Positions 8,691-18,194 of a stretch of 64,000 nt of DNA are shown here, in pieces. Position 1 is the first letter of the stretch. The number at the start of each line of letters is the position of its first letter. Below the pieces are notes generated by a model. The model did not search any database, had not been told where the DNA came from, and was given only the letters and a program-made list of their open reading frames with translations. A program made the translations under genes and the position numbers. This stretch comes from an uncultured Hyphomicrobiales bacterium. Lineage in GTDB: Bacteria; Pseudomonadota; Alphaproteobacteria; Reyranellales; JAQSWP01. Location of the stretch: the NCBI GenBank assembly GCA_964458605.1, contig CAYWLS010000018.1, forward strand, positions 2,886-66,885, read 5' to 3'.

Positions 8691-8759
8691 ATGCCCTATA
8701 CCATCATGTTCATGACGATCTGCCTGCTCGGCCTGCTGGTGAGTTGTGCCATCCTCTAG
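8691..8759 (+). CDS. candidate 22-aa hydrophobic micro-ORF (MPYTIMFMTICLLGLLVSCAIL)
   Basis: ATG 2 nt after the pgeF stop, GGTGGA 8 nt upstream, 18 of 21 codons end in G/C. Overlaps the start of the next gene in another frame. Too short to call firmly. Confidence 0.2.
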   Translation: MPYTIMFMTICLLGLLVSCAIL

Positions 8760-9828
8760 TTGCGTCGGCCGGCTGCTGTCGATTCTGGCGCTGCTCGCGC
8801 TTGCCGGGTGCGGCGACCTGCCCCGGCCATTCCAGCCGGAAGGGAAATATCTGCCGATCGTGCGGCCGGTCAGTCCCCAGGCGGCGGAACTGCTGCGCGA
8901 GCGCAACAGCGTGATGATCCAGGACATCGCCAATGCGCCGGGGCCGGGCGGCGCGCGCCTGGCCGCGGCCATGGCGGTGGCGCTGCGCGACCAGGGCATC
9001 GCCGCTGACGTGGTGCCCAGCGGCGACGGCTTCACTCTGGCAGGCATTGCCGACATCAAGCCCTTTTCCAACGACATCGAGGTGCGCATCACCTGGTACG
9101 TGCTGGACGACAAGGGCTTGCGCGTCGGCCAGCAGGAACAGATCACGCGCGGGCGCCTGGAGGACTGGCAGGACGGCAACGACCGGTTGCTGTCACGCAT
9201 CGCCCTGCAAGGGGCGCCGCAACTGGCGCGCCTGTTCGGTTCGCTGTCCGCCGGCGCGCCGGCGCAACCACAAACCACCGCACCCGATCGGGCCCGGCCG
9301 GCCGCTGCCCCCACCGCGCCGGCTGGCGCGACGCCACCGGCCAGTGCGGAAAAGACCCCGCCCGCCAAGCCTGGCGCGCCGGCGGCAGGCAACGTCGCCG
9401 CCGCTTCGCCCGCCAAGCCGCCCTTGCCGGCCGCGCCGCCGCCGCCATCGCCCAGCACGCCGCTGGGCTTCAGCGTGGCCAAGGTCGGCGGCGCGCCGGG
9501 CGACGGCAACGACAGCTTGACCGCCGGCATGCGCCTGGCGCTGGGGCGGCGCGGCTTCACCTTGTTCGCCAGGCCCGACAACACCACTTTCGTCATCTCC
9601 GGCGCGGTGACGCTGGCCCCGTTCGACGCCGAACGCGAGAAGATCACGATCGTCTGGACAGTGTTCGATCCCAGCCACAAGAAGATGGGCGACATCGAAC
9701 AGTCCAACGTCATCCCCAAGGGCTCGCTGAACGGCGCCTGGGGCGGCGTGGCCAAGGAGATCACCGTGGCGGCCGCCGAAGGCCTGCTCAATCTGCTGGG
9801 CCGGGTCTACAGCCAGAGCAAGCAATGA
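8746..9828 (+). CDS. lipoprotein of unknown function with internal domain duplication
   Basis: GTG start. Signal plus lipobox LLALAGC. Two similar ~110-aa domains separated by an Ala/Pro-rich linker. Confidence 0.7.
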   Translation: MPSSSCVGRLLSILALLALAGCGDLPRPFQPEGKYLPIVRPVSPQAAELLRERNSVMIQDIANAPGPGGARLAAAMAVALRDQGIAADVVPSGDGFTLAGIADIKPFSNDIEVRITWYVLDDKGLRVGQQEQITRGRLEDWQDGNDRLLSRIALQGAPQLARLFGSLSAGAPAQPQTTAPDRARPAAAPTAPAGATPPASAEKTPPAKPGAPAAGNVAAASPAKPPLPAAPPPPSPSTPLGFSVAKVGGAPGDGNDSLTAGMRLALGRRGFTLFARPDNTTFVISGAVTLAPFDAEREKITIVWTVFDPSHKKMGDIEQSNVIPKGSLNGAWGGVAKEITVAAAEGLLNLLGRVYSQSKQ

Positions 9829-10394
9829 GCGCCGTCAAACCTGCCTGGCTCGATCCCTGGCTCGGCAAGCTGCTGCGCGCGGACCAGGCGCTACCGGTCG
9901 TCGCCGCCGAGCGTACCGCGCACCAGCAGCATCGCCGCCTGCAAGTCGCCGCGGCGATCCTGCTGGCGGCGCTGATGGTGCTGTTGGCGACAGCGCTGCT
10001 TGTTTTCGGCCCCGGCCAGGCGCCGACCACAGCGCTGTTCCTGGAAGTGGTGGTGGCGCTGCCGCTGATCGTCGCCGCCCTGTTCTACGGCGCACTCTAC
10101 GTCACCCTGGTGCGCGGCAATCGCGACGACGGCGATCATCCCTGGCGCTATGTCGCCAGCGCCACGGGATTGCGCATCGAGCGCAGCAACGGCGCCAGGA
10201 TTCACGACGGCGCGTGGCGCGACTGGCATTTCGTCGGCTACCGCCACATCACCGTCAAGCGACAGCGCAGCATCACCGGGCTCGAGCTGTCGTTGAACGG
10301 CGAGGCGCTGACCATCGACCTCAACCGCGTTCCCGGCGGACCGGCGCTGGTGCGCGCGGTGGTGCAGCAGCTGGCGGCCGAAGCCGCCCGATAG
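9825..10394 (+). CDS. hypothetical membrane protein (2 TM plus soluble C-terminal domain)
   Basis: 189 aa. ATGA overlap with the upstream lipoprotein gene. Hydrophobic segments AAAILLAALMVLLATALLVF and VVVALPLIVAALFYGALYV. Confidence 0.6.
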   Translation: MSAVKPAWLDPWLGKLLRADQALPVVAAERTAHQQHRRLQVAAAILLAALMVLLATALLVFGPGQAPTTALFLEVVVALPLIVAALFYGALYVTLVRGNRDDGDHPWRYVASATGLRIERSNGARIHDGAWRDWHFVGYRHITVKRQRSITGLELSLNGEALTIDLNRVPGGPALVRAVVQQLAAEAAR

Positions 10395-11276
10395 CTATTC
10401 GATCGGCCGCAGGGTCAGCCGCAGCAGGTTGATGTTGCCGGTCAGGAAGCCATAGGCCGACAGCTTGAGATAGCGCTCGTAGCGCTGCACCTGCTCGGGC
10501 CCGACCAGATCGATCGCTTCCTTGCGACGGGCGCGCAGATTGTTGGCCCAGGTCTCGCAGGTGCGCGCATAGTGGAGACGGTCGTTGCGCACCATGACGA
10601 TCTCGAACAGCCCCTCGCAGGCCAGCACGATCTCCTCCAGCCGGGGCAGATCCGAATCGGGGAAGATCTGGCTCATCAGCTTGACGTTGGGATCGTCGCG
10701 CCGCAGCTTGCCGTAGGCGATGCTCTGCAGCGACATGCCGCCATTGGGATCGAGCCAGCGCCGGCAGTTGCCGAAAAAGTGCCTGTAGATGGCGATCTTG
10801 GCGGCGGCATCGTCGTCGGGCTTGGTGAAATGCTCGAACGCGCCGATCGAGATGATCGAATCGTAGGGTGCGGCCGGCCGGTGATCGGCCCAGCTCTCCA
10901 GCCGGATCTCCAGCTTGGGATTGGCCTGGGCGCGGATCGCCGCCGCCTGGGCCTCGCTCAAGGTCAGACCGACGCCCTGGGCCACGCCCGGCAGCGCCGC
11001 GCAGGCCTTCAGGGTGGCGCCCCAGCCGCAGCCGATGTCCAGCACGCGCCGGGCACGCTCGACCCCGGCGGATTTCAGATGCCAGGCGATCTTGTTGTGC
11101 TGGGCCCATTCCAGGTCGCGGGCGTCGTCCGGACCGTCCCACAGGGCCGAGGAATAGGTCATGGTGGGATCGAGCCACAACGCATAGAAGGCGTTGCCCA
11201 CGTCGTAATGGGCCTGGATGGCGGCGGCGGAGGCGCCTTGAGCCTGCGACGATGAATCGGGCGCGGATGAACTCAC
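10395..11276 (-). CDS. cyclopropane-fatty-acyl-phospholipid synthase family SAM-dependent methyltransferase
   Basis: ORF 10395..11351 trimmed to GTG 11276 (GAGGGA 5 nt upstream). HYDVGNAFYALWLD and VLDIGCGWG motifs of the CMAS family. Confidence 0.8.
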   Translation of the reverse strand: MSSSAPDSSSQAQGASAAAIQAHYDVGNAFYALWLDPTMTYSSALWDGPDDARDLEWAQHNKIAWHLKSAGVERARRVLDIGCGWGATLKACAALPGVAQGVGLTLSEAQAAAIRAQANPKLEIRLESWADHRPAAPYDSIISIGAFEHFTKPDDDAAAKIAIYRHFFGNCRRWLDPNGGMSLQSIAYGKLRRDDPNVKLMSQIFPDSDLPRLEEIVLACEGLFEIVMVRNDRLHYARTCETWANNLRARRKEAIDLVGPEQVQRYERYLKLSAYGFLTGNINLLRLTLRPIE

Positions 11277-11488
11277 GATTGTCCCTCGATGGGCGGCGCG
11301 GGGGCCGCGATTTTGCCGGGGCCGGCATCCTATATCGCCGCTGCACGGCATGTTTACAGAAATTGGTCGGGTTGATAGATTGCGCCGCGCGTTGCGGGGA
11401 CGGCGCGTTAAGTATCTGATTTCAATTGCAATTCCGGACGGCTGGGGCGCGTAAGGCCGGCCCTGGAGCTAGCGTCGAGGATCGGGGC

Positions 11489-12421
<933 letters not shown>

Positions 12422-12530
12422 GCAAGGAATTTGAAGCTTTCGCGTCGCCGGCACCCCTGGAGGCCGGGACGGAAAACGGCGGGAGGAATGGTCCAACCGC
12501 CGAACATCGCTTGGACTTAAGGAGTCTGTC

Positions 12531-13259
12531 ATGAGCGAACTCGTCAATCTGGTCGCGCAAGCGCGACCCCGGGCCGGAAAGGGGGCCGCCCGGGCCGTCC
12601 GTCGCGCCGGGTACATCCCGGCCGTGATTTACGGCGCCAAGGAACCCCCGTTGCTGATCGCGGTCGAGCCCAAGGAAGTGACCAGGCAGCTGCATCGCCC
12701 CGGCTTCTTCACCCGTCGCATGAACGTGACGGTGGACGGCCAGGTGCACATGGTGCTGCCGCGCGACGTCCAGCTCGAGCCGCTGAAGGACCGGCCGGTG
12801 CATTTCGACTTCCTGCGCATTTCGGCGGAAGCGATCATCGAGGTGCAGATCCCGGTGGTGTTCCTCAACGACAGCGCCGCGCCGGGCATCAAGCGCGGCG
12901 GCGTGCTGAACATCGTGCGCCACGACGTGGGCGTGCGCTGCCGCGCCGATTCCATCCCCGACAAGATCGAGATCGATCTGACCGGCCTGGACATCGGCGA
13001 CTCGGTGCATATCAGCTCGGTCAAGCTGCCCAACGGCGTGGTGCCGGTGATTCGCCAGCGCGACTTCACCATCGCCACCATCGCACCGCCGACCGTGATC
13101 CGCGACACCGAAGCGGCGCCGCAGGCGGCCGCGGCGGCGGCGGGCGCCACGGGCGCACCGGCGGCGGGCGCCACCGGCACGGCGGCCCCGGCGGCCGGCG
13201 CGGCGGTGGCTCCGGCGGCGGGCGCCAAGGGCGCGCCGGCGGCGGGCGGCAAGAAGTAA
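12531..13259 (+). CDS. rplY: 50S ribosomal protein L25/general stress protein Ctc
   Basis: 242 aa. RKAGYIPAVIYG-type N-terminus and an Ala/Pro/Gly-rich C-terminal tail typical of alphaproteobacterial Ctc. Confidence 0.9.
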   Translation: MSELVNLVAQARPRAGKGAARAVRRAGYIPAVIYGAKEPPLLIAVEPKEVTRQLHRPGFFTRRMNVTVDGQVHMVLPRDVQLEPLKDRPVHFDFLRISAEAIIEVQIPVVFLNDSAAPGIKRGGVLNIVRHDVGVRCRADSIPDKIEIDLTGLDIGDSVHISSVKLPNGVVPVIRQRDFTIATIAPPTVIRDTEAAPQAAAAAAGATGAPAAGATGTAAPAAGAAVAPAAGAKGAPAAGGKK

Positions 13260-13298
13260 GCGGCTCCCGGATCACCGGGCGACGCGAGCTTCCCCGCC

Positions 13299-13931
13299 AT
13301 GCTGCTGTTGGTCGGGCTCGGCAATCCGGGCGCGCGCTACCAGGGCAATCGGCACAATATCGGCTTCATGGCGGTGGACGAAATCGTCCGCCGCCATGGC
13401 TTTTCGGCCTGGAAGAAGCGCTTCCAGGGCGAGGTCGCCGAAGGAACCCTGGGCAGCGAACGCGTGCTGGCGCTGAAGCCGCAAACCTTCATGAACGAAT
13501 CGGGCCGCGCCGTCGGCGAGGCGGCGCGCTTCTTCAAGCTCGACCCGAAGGACGTCGTCGTGCTGTACGACGAGCTCGATCTGGCCCCCGGCAAGGTGCG
13601 GGTCAAGACCGGCGGCGGCAGCGCCGGCCATAACGGCATCCGCTCGATCGACGCCCATCTGGGCGCCGAGTTCCGCCGCGTGCGGCTGGGCATCGGCCAT
13701 CCCGGCGACAAGAAGCTGGTGATGCACTACGTGCTGTCCGATTTCGACCGCGAGCTGGACGGCTGGCTGAGGCCGACGCTCGACGCGGTGGCCGACGCCG
13801 CGCCGCTGCTGGCGCAAGGCGACGACGCCAAATTCATGACCCGGGTGGCGCTGCTGACCAATCCGCCGCCCGACAAGTCGCAACAGGACAAGCCCATCCA
13901 GGGCAAATCGAACAAGACGCCGCCCAAGTGA
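13299..13931 (+). CDS. pth: aminoacyl-tRNA hydrolase
   Basis: [23 protein letters not shown] and [12 protein letters not shown] motifs. Confidence 0.9.
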   Translation: MLLLVGLGNPGARYQGNRHNIGFMAVDEIVRRHGFSAWKKRFQGEVAEGTLGSERVLALKPQTFMNESGRAVGEAARFFKLDPKDVVVLYDELDLAPGKVRVKTGGGSAGHNGIRSIDAHLGAEFRRVRLGIGHPGDKKLVMHYVLSDFDRELDGWLRPTLDAVADAAPLLAQGDDAKFMTRVALLTNPPPDKSQQDKPIQGKSNKTPPK

Positions 13932-13950
13932 CAGCGGCCCGGAGCAAGCG

Positions 13951-15051
13951 ATGGGATTCAAATGCGGCATCGTCGGTCTGCCCAATGTCGGCAAATCGAC
14001 CCTGTTCAACGCGCTGACCGCGACCCAGGCGGCCGAGGCGGCCAACTATCCGTTCTGCACCATCGAGCCCAATGTCGGCCGCGTCTCGGTGCCCGATGCC
14101 CGGCTCGACAGGCTGGCGGCGCTGGCCAAGTCGGCCAAGACCATCGCCACCCAGCTCGAATTCGTCGACATCGCCGGCCTGGTCAAGGGCGCCAGCAAGG
14201 GCGAAGGCCTGGGCAACCAGTTCCTGGGCCATATCCGCGAGGTCGACGCCATCGCCCATGTGCTGCGCTGCTTCGAGGACGACGACATCACCCATGTCGC
14301 CGGCAACGTCGATCCGCTGCGCGACGCGGAGATCATCGACACCGAACTGATGCTGGCCGATCTCGACAGCCAGGAGAAGCGCCTGCCCAACCTGCAGAAG
14401 AAGGCCAAGGGCGGCGACAAGGAAGCGGCCGCCGAGGCGCCGATCGTCGAGCGCGTGGTCAAGGCCCTGCAGGACGGCAAGGCGGCGCGGGCGCTGGAAA
14501 TCTCCGCCGAGGAACGGCCGATCTTCAACCGCCTGCAACTGCTCACCGCCAAGCCGGTGATGTATGTGTGCAACGTCGCCGAAAGCGAAGCCGCCACCGG
14601 CAACGCGCAGACCGCCAGGGTCGAGGCCATGGCCAGGGCGCAGGGCGCCACGGTGGTAATCATCTCCGCCGCCATCGAAGCGGAGGTGGCCCAGCTCGCC
14701 GATCCGGCCGAGAAGCAGGAATTCCTCGAGAGCCTGGGCCTGAAGGAGACCGGCCTGGCCCGGGTCATCGCCTCGGGCTATGCGCTGCTCGACCTGGTGA
14801 CGTTTTTCACCGTCGGACCCAAGGAGGCGCGCGCCTGGACGGTGCGCCGCGGCGCCAAGGCGCCGGAGGCGGCCGGCGTGATCCACACCGATTTCGAGAA
14901 GGGCTTCATCCGCGCCGAGACCATCGCCTACGACGACTACGTTTCCGGCGGCGGCGAGTCCGGCGCCCGCGAAGCGGGCAAGCTGCGCCTGGAAGGCAAG
15001 GACTACACCGTCCAGGACGGCGACATCTTTCACTTCCGCTTCAACGTGTAG
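13951..15051 (+). CDS. ychF: redox-regulated ATPase YchF
   Basis: 366 aa. GIVGLPNVGKSTLFNAL P-loop and C-terminal YTVQDGDIFHFRFNV. Confidence 0.95.
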   Translation: MGFKCGIVGLPNVGKSTLFNALTATQAAEAANYPFCTIEPNVGRVSVPDARLDRLAALAKSAKTIATQLEFVDIAGLVKGASKGEGLGNQFLGHIREVDAIAHVLRCFEDDDITHVAGNVDPLRDAEIIDTELMLADLDSQEKRLPNLQKKAKGGDKEAAAEAPIVERVVKALQDGKAARALEISAEERPIFNRLQLLTAKPVMYVCNVAESEAATGNAQTARVEAMARAQGATVVIISAAIEAEVAQLADPAEKQEFLESLGLKETGLARVIASGYALLDLVTFFTVGPKEARAWTVRRGAKAPEAAGVIHTDFEKGFIRAETIAYDDYVSGGGESGAREAGKLRLEGKDYTVQDGDIFHFRFNV

Positions 15052-15186
15052 AACAAATCGCCCTTTGACGGAATCGCTTGGATTCCGTCAAAGGGCGTGA
15101 ATTTGTTCCATTCTTTAAGCATAGAGCGGATTCACACGACGGAATGGAAGCGGGCGGCCGCTTCCATTCCGTCGTGATCCGCTCTA
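15049..15186. repeat. palindromic doublet repeat, copy 1 (order B-A, inverted relative to copies 2-4)
   Basis: Unit B is 15049-15110 (TAGAACAAAT...ATTTGTTCCA). Unit A is 15122-15186 (TAGAGCGGATTCACACGACGG...CCGTCGTGATCCGCTCTA). Confidence 0.9.
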
Positions 15187-15245
15187 ACCCCTTTCACGCC
15201 GGCCGATTTGCGGCTTAACCTTGGACAACCAAGGGGAGGCCGTTC

Positions 15246-16187
15246 ATGTCGATGCCGCAGAAGCTGGGCTATCTCGCCGTTCAGGCGCGCCACCTCGACA
15301 AGTGGCGCCGCTTCAACGCCGACATGCTCGACCTGCCGCTGAGCGAAGCCGGCGGCGGCGGCTTCGGCCTGCAGCTCGACGGCGCGCGGCAGCGCCTGAT
15401 GGTCGAGCCCGGCGAGCACGACGACGTGGTCGCGGTCGGGCTGGAATTCGCCGACGATGCGGCGCTCGATTCCTTCCGCAGCAAGCTGCAGGCAGCGGGC
15501 GTCGCGATCGAAGAAGGCGACGCGGCCCTGGCGGCCAGACGCGGCGTGCGCCGCCTGCTGGGCTTCGACGATCCCTCGGGCATCAGGCTCGAAGCCTTCG
15601 TCGATCCGGCACCCGCCGCCCGGCCCTTCGCCAGCCGCTTCTTCCCGGACGGCTTCCATGCCGACCGGCTGGGCTTCGGCCATGTCGTGCTGGCGGTGCC
15701 CGATCTGGCCGCGGCGGAAAAATTCTATTGCGGCGTGCTGGGCTTCGTCGTCACCGAGCGGCTCAAGGTCAAGCTGGGCCCGGCCGATGTCGGCGGCATC
15801 TTCCTGCATTGCAATCGCCGCCATCACAGCCTGGCGCTGTTCGCCATTCCCGCGCGCAAGCGCCTGCATCATTTCATGCTGCAGGCCCACGACATCGGCG
15901 ATGTCGGCCGCGCCTACGAGCGCTTCCAGCAGCATCGCGTGCCGTTCAGCCTGCATCTGGGCCAGCATCCGGCGCCCGACAACACCGTGTCGTTCTACGC
16001 CGCCACGCCCTCGGGCTTCGATATCGAGATCGGCGCCGCCGGCCACGAGATCGAGCCGCTCGGCTGGCAGGAGCGGCAGTTGACCCAGGTCAGCATCTGG
16101 GGCCACAAGCCGACGATGCGGCTGAAGCTCGGCATGATGCGCCAGGTCCTGGCGCAGCGCCTGGGTCGGAGTCGGGGCCTGCACTGA
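15246..16187 (+). CDS. type I extradiol ring-cleavage dioxygenase (VOC superfamily, BphC-like)
   Basis: 313 aa, two VOC modules (LGYLAVQARHLDKW...; LGFGHVVLAVPDL...FYCGVLGF). HHFMLQ and FYAATPSGFDIE motifs. Confidence 0.8.
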   Translation: MSMPQKLGYLAVQARHLDKWRRFNADMLDLPLSEAGGGGFGLQLDGARQRLMVEPGEHDDVVAVGLEFADDAALDSFRSKLQAAGVAIEEGDAALAARRGVRRLLGFDDPSGIRLEAFVDPAPAARPFASRFFPDGFHADRLGFGHVVLAVPDLAAAEKFYCGVLGFVVTERLKVKLGPADVGGIFLHCNRRHHSLALFAIPARKRLHHFMLQAHDIGDVGRAYERFQQHRVPFSLHLGQHPAPDNTVSFYAATPSGFDIEIGAAGHEIEPLGWQERQLTQVSIWGHKPTMRLKLGMMRQVLAQRLGRSRGLH

Positions 16188-16238
16188 CCGCGACGCAGCC
16201 CTGCCGCAACCGCGCTGCCGGCCACCGCGCGCGTTGCT

Positions 16239-16376
16239 GGAGCGGATCACGATCGGATGGAAGCGCGACAACGCTTCCATCCGATCGTGTGAATCCGCTC
16301 TATTCCTTAGGTGTAGAGCAAATTCACACCTTTTGACGGAATCCGGAACGATTCCGTCAAAAGGTGATTTGCTCTA
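16239..16376. repeat. palindromic doublet repeat, copy 2 (order A-B)
   Basis: Unit A is 16239-16302, linker TTCCTTAGGTG, unit B is 16314-16376 (TAGAGCAAATTCACACCTTTTGACGGAATCC...GATTCCGTCAAAAGGTGATTTGCTCTA). Confidence 0.9.
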
Positions 16377-16387
16377 GGCTGCCCGCC

Positions 16388-17302
16388 ATGACCGACCAGG
16401 CCGTCGCCGCGCATCGCCAACGCCAGGAATCGCTGGGTCTGATGTTCGGCTTGCTGGGCGTCGTCATGCTGAGCGTCACGCTGCCGGCGACGCGGCTGGC
16501 GGTAGCCGAGTTCGACCCGGTATTCGTCGGGCTGTGCCGTGCCCTGCTGCCGGCCATACCGGCGGCGGCGCTGCTGTTCCTGACCCGCCAGCGGCGGCCG
16601 ACGCGGCGCGAGGTCGCCGCCCTGCTGCTGGCCTCGACCGGCATCGTCTACGGCTTTCCCATCCTGATGTCGGTGGCGATGAAGACCCTGCCCGCCGCCC
16701 ATGGCGCGGTGGTGACCGGCATCATGCCGCTGGCCACCGCCGCGGTCGGCGCCGCGGTGTCGGGCGACCGCCCGTCGCGCGGCTTCTGGCTGTGCGGTGC
16801 GCTGGGCAGCGTGGCGGTGGTGGTCTACGCCCTGATCGACGGCGCGGGCAACATCGCCTGGGCCGATCTCATTCTGCTGGCGGCGATCGCCACCGCGGCG
16901 CTGGGCTATGCCGTGGGCGGGCAGATCGCCCGCCGGCTGGGCGGCTGGCAGACGATCTGCTGGATCATGGTGCTGGCGCTGCCGATCTCGGTGGCGCTGG
17001 CGGCGGCGCTCGATCCGCCGCGGCCGTCCAACGCTCCGGGCACGCCGGCGTGGCTCGGCCTGATCTATGTCGTGGTCGGCAGCCAGTTCCTCAGCTTTTT
17101 CGCCTGGTATCGCGGCCTGGCGCTGGGCGGCGTCACGCGCGTCAGCCAGCTGCTGCTGCTGCAGCCCTGCCTGACCCTCGTTTTCGCCGCACTGCTGAGT
17201 GGAGAGCATCTGGGCTGGCGCGAGATCGGCTTCACCGTGCTGATCGTGGCGGTGGTGGCGGCGAGCCGACGCACCGCTATCCAGCACCGCACCGCGGACT
17301 GA
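16388..17302 (+). CDS. DMT (EamA) family transporter
   Basis: ORF 16364..17302, ATG 16388. About 10 hydrophobic segments in two EamA-like halves. Start uncertain because no clear SD is seen and the repeat ends 12 nt upstream. Confidence 0.8.
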   Translation: MTDQAVAAHRQRQESLGLMFGLLGVVMLSVTLPATRLAVAEFDPVFVGLCRALLPAIPAAALLFLTRQRRPTRREVAALLLASTGIVYGFPILMSVAMKTLPAAHGAVVTGIMPLATAAVGAAVSGDRPSRGFWLCGALGSVAVVVYALIDGAGNIAWADLILLAAIATAALGYAVGGQIARRLGGWQTICWIMVLALPISVALAAALDPPRPSNAPGTPAWLGLIYVVVGSQFLSFFAWYRGLALGGVTRVSQLLLLQPCLTLVFAALLSGEHLGWREIGFTVLIVAVVAASRRTAIQHRTAD

Positions 17303-17415
17303 GCGGCGCTTACGATCCGGTTACCGGTTACCAACCGGTGCGTTCTTGCTCCGCCCGGCAGGCATGCCAAAGTAACCGACGGGAGCGGCTGAATTTCACA
17401 ACCAGAGGAAACACG

Positions 17416-18033
17416 ATGAAGCTCTATTTCTCACCCGGCGCCTGCTCGCTGTCGCCGCATATCGCCCTGCGCGAGGCCGGCCTCGATTTCGACCTGGTGC
17501 AGGTCGATCTCAAGGCGCACAAGACCAAGTCGGGCGACGACTACTACAAGATCAATCCCAAGGGCTACGTGCCGGCCCTGGCGCTGGACGGCGGCGGCAT
17601 GCTGACCGAAGGCCCGGCCATCGTGCAGTACATCGCCGACAAGGCGCCGGCCAAGCACCTGGCGCCGGCCAACGGCACGATCGAGCGTTATCACCTGCAG
17701 GAATGGCTGAACTTCATCTCGACCGAGCTGCACAAGGGCTTCTCGCCGCTGTTCAACCCGGCCACGCCGGACAGCATGAAAAGCGCCATCAAGGATCGCC
17801 TGGTCGCCCGCTTCACCGAGGTGGACAAGCAACTGGCCGGCAAGCAGTACCTGATGGGCAGCGATTTCTCGGTGGCCGACGGCTATCTGTTCACCATCTG
17901 CCAGTGGGCCGCCTTCATGCATGTGCCGATCGACAACCTCGCCAACCTCAAGGCCTGGCGCGAGCGGGTCGCGGCGCGGCCGGCGGTGCAGGCGGCGCTC
18001 AAGGCCGAAGCCGAGGCGCGCAAGGCGGCCTAG
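17416..18033 (+). CDS. gstA: glutathione S-transferase (beta class)
   Basis: 205 aa, colinear with E. coli GstA (MKLYFSPGACSLSPHIALREAG...NPKGYVPAL...ELHKGFSPLF). Confidence 0.9.
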   Translation: MKLYFSPGACSLSPHIALREAGLDFDLVQVDLKAHKTKSGDDYYKINPKGYVPALALDGGGMLTEGPAIVQYIADKAPAKHLAPANGTIERYHLQEWLNFISTELHKGFSPLFNPATPDSMKSAIKDRLVARFTEVDKQLAGKQYLMGSDFSVADGYLFTICQWAAFMHVPIDNLANLKAWRERVAARPAVQAALKAEAEARKAA

Positions 18034-18042
18034 CCCGTCCCC

Positions 18043-18078
18043 ATCAAGGACATCAAGGCTATCAAGGATGTCAAGGTA
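18043..18078. repeat. 9-bp tandem repeat (A/G)TCAAGGNN, 4 copies
   Basis: ATCAAGGAC, ATCAAGGCT, ATCAAGGAT, GTCAAGGTA, read directly 10 nt after the gstA stop. Confidence 0.85.
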
Positions 18079-18140
18079 CAGGTACTGCGGACCGAGCCGC
18101 ACGAGCTTGACGCCTGCGCGGCCCGCCAGCGTGAGAAATG

Positions 18141-18176
18141 AAAAGGGGATGGTGCCAGCCATCCCCTTTGTTCTTG
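18141..18176. terminator. bidirectional intrinsic terminator between convergent gstA and ahpD
   Basis: 11-bp stem AAAGGGGATGG/CCATCCCCTTT with loop TGCCAG. T-rich on the plus side (TTTGTTCTT) and on the minus side (TTTTCATTTCT). Confidence 0.6.
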
Positions 18177-18194
18177 CCGTCGATTTGCCGGCAC

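Noticed and set aside
16291-16354. Apparent enrichment of GANTC (CcrM) sites in the doublet repeats (GAATC 16291, GAATC 16339, GATTC 16350).
   Set aside because: The count is not consistent across copies: three sites in copies 15049 and 16239, two in 30104, one in 40223 and none in 45673. The sites are probably incidental to the stem sequences.
15049-16376. Idea that the bulged hairpins flanking the dioxygenase are integron attC sites (a gene cassette).
   Set aside because: No GTTRRRY / RYYYAAC core sites, no intI gene, and the same elements occur at non-cassette positions. The REP/REPIN interpretation fits better.
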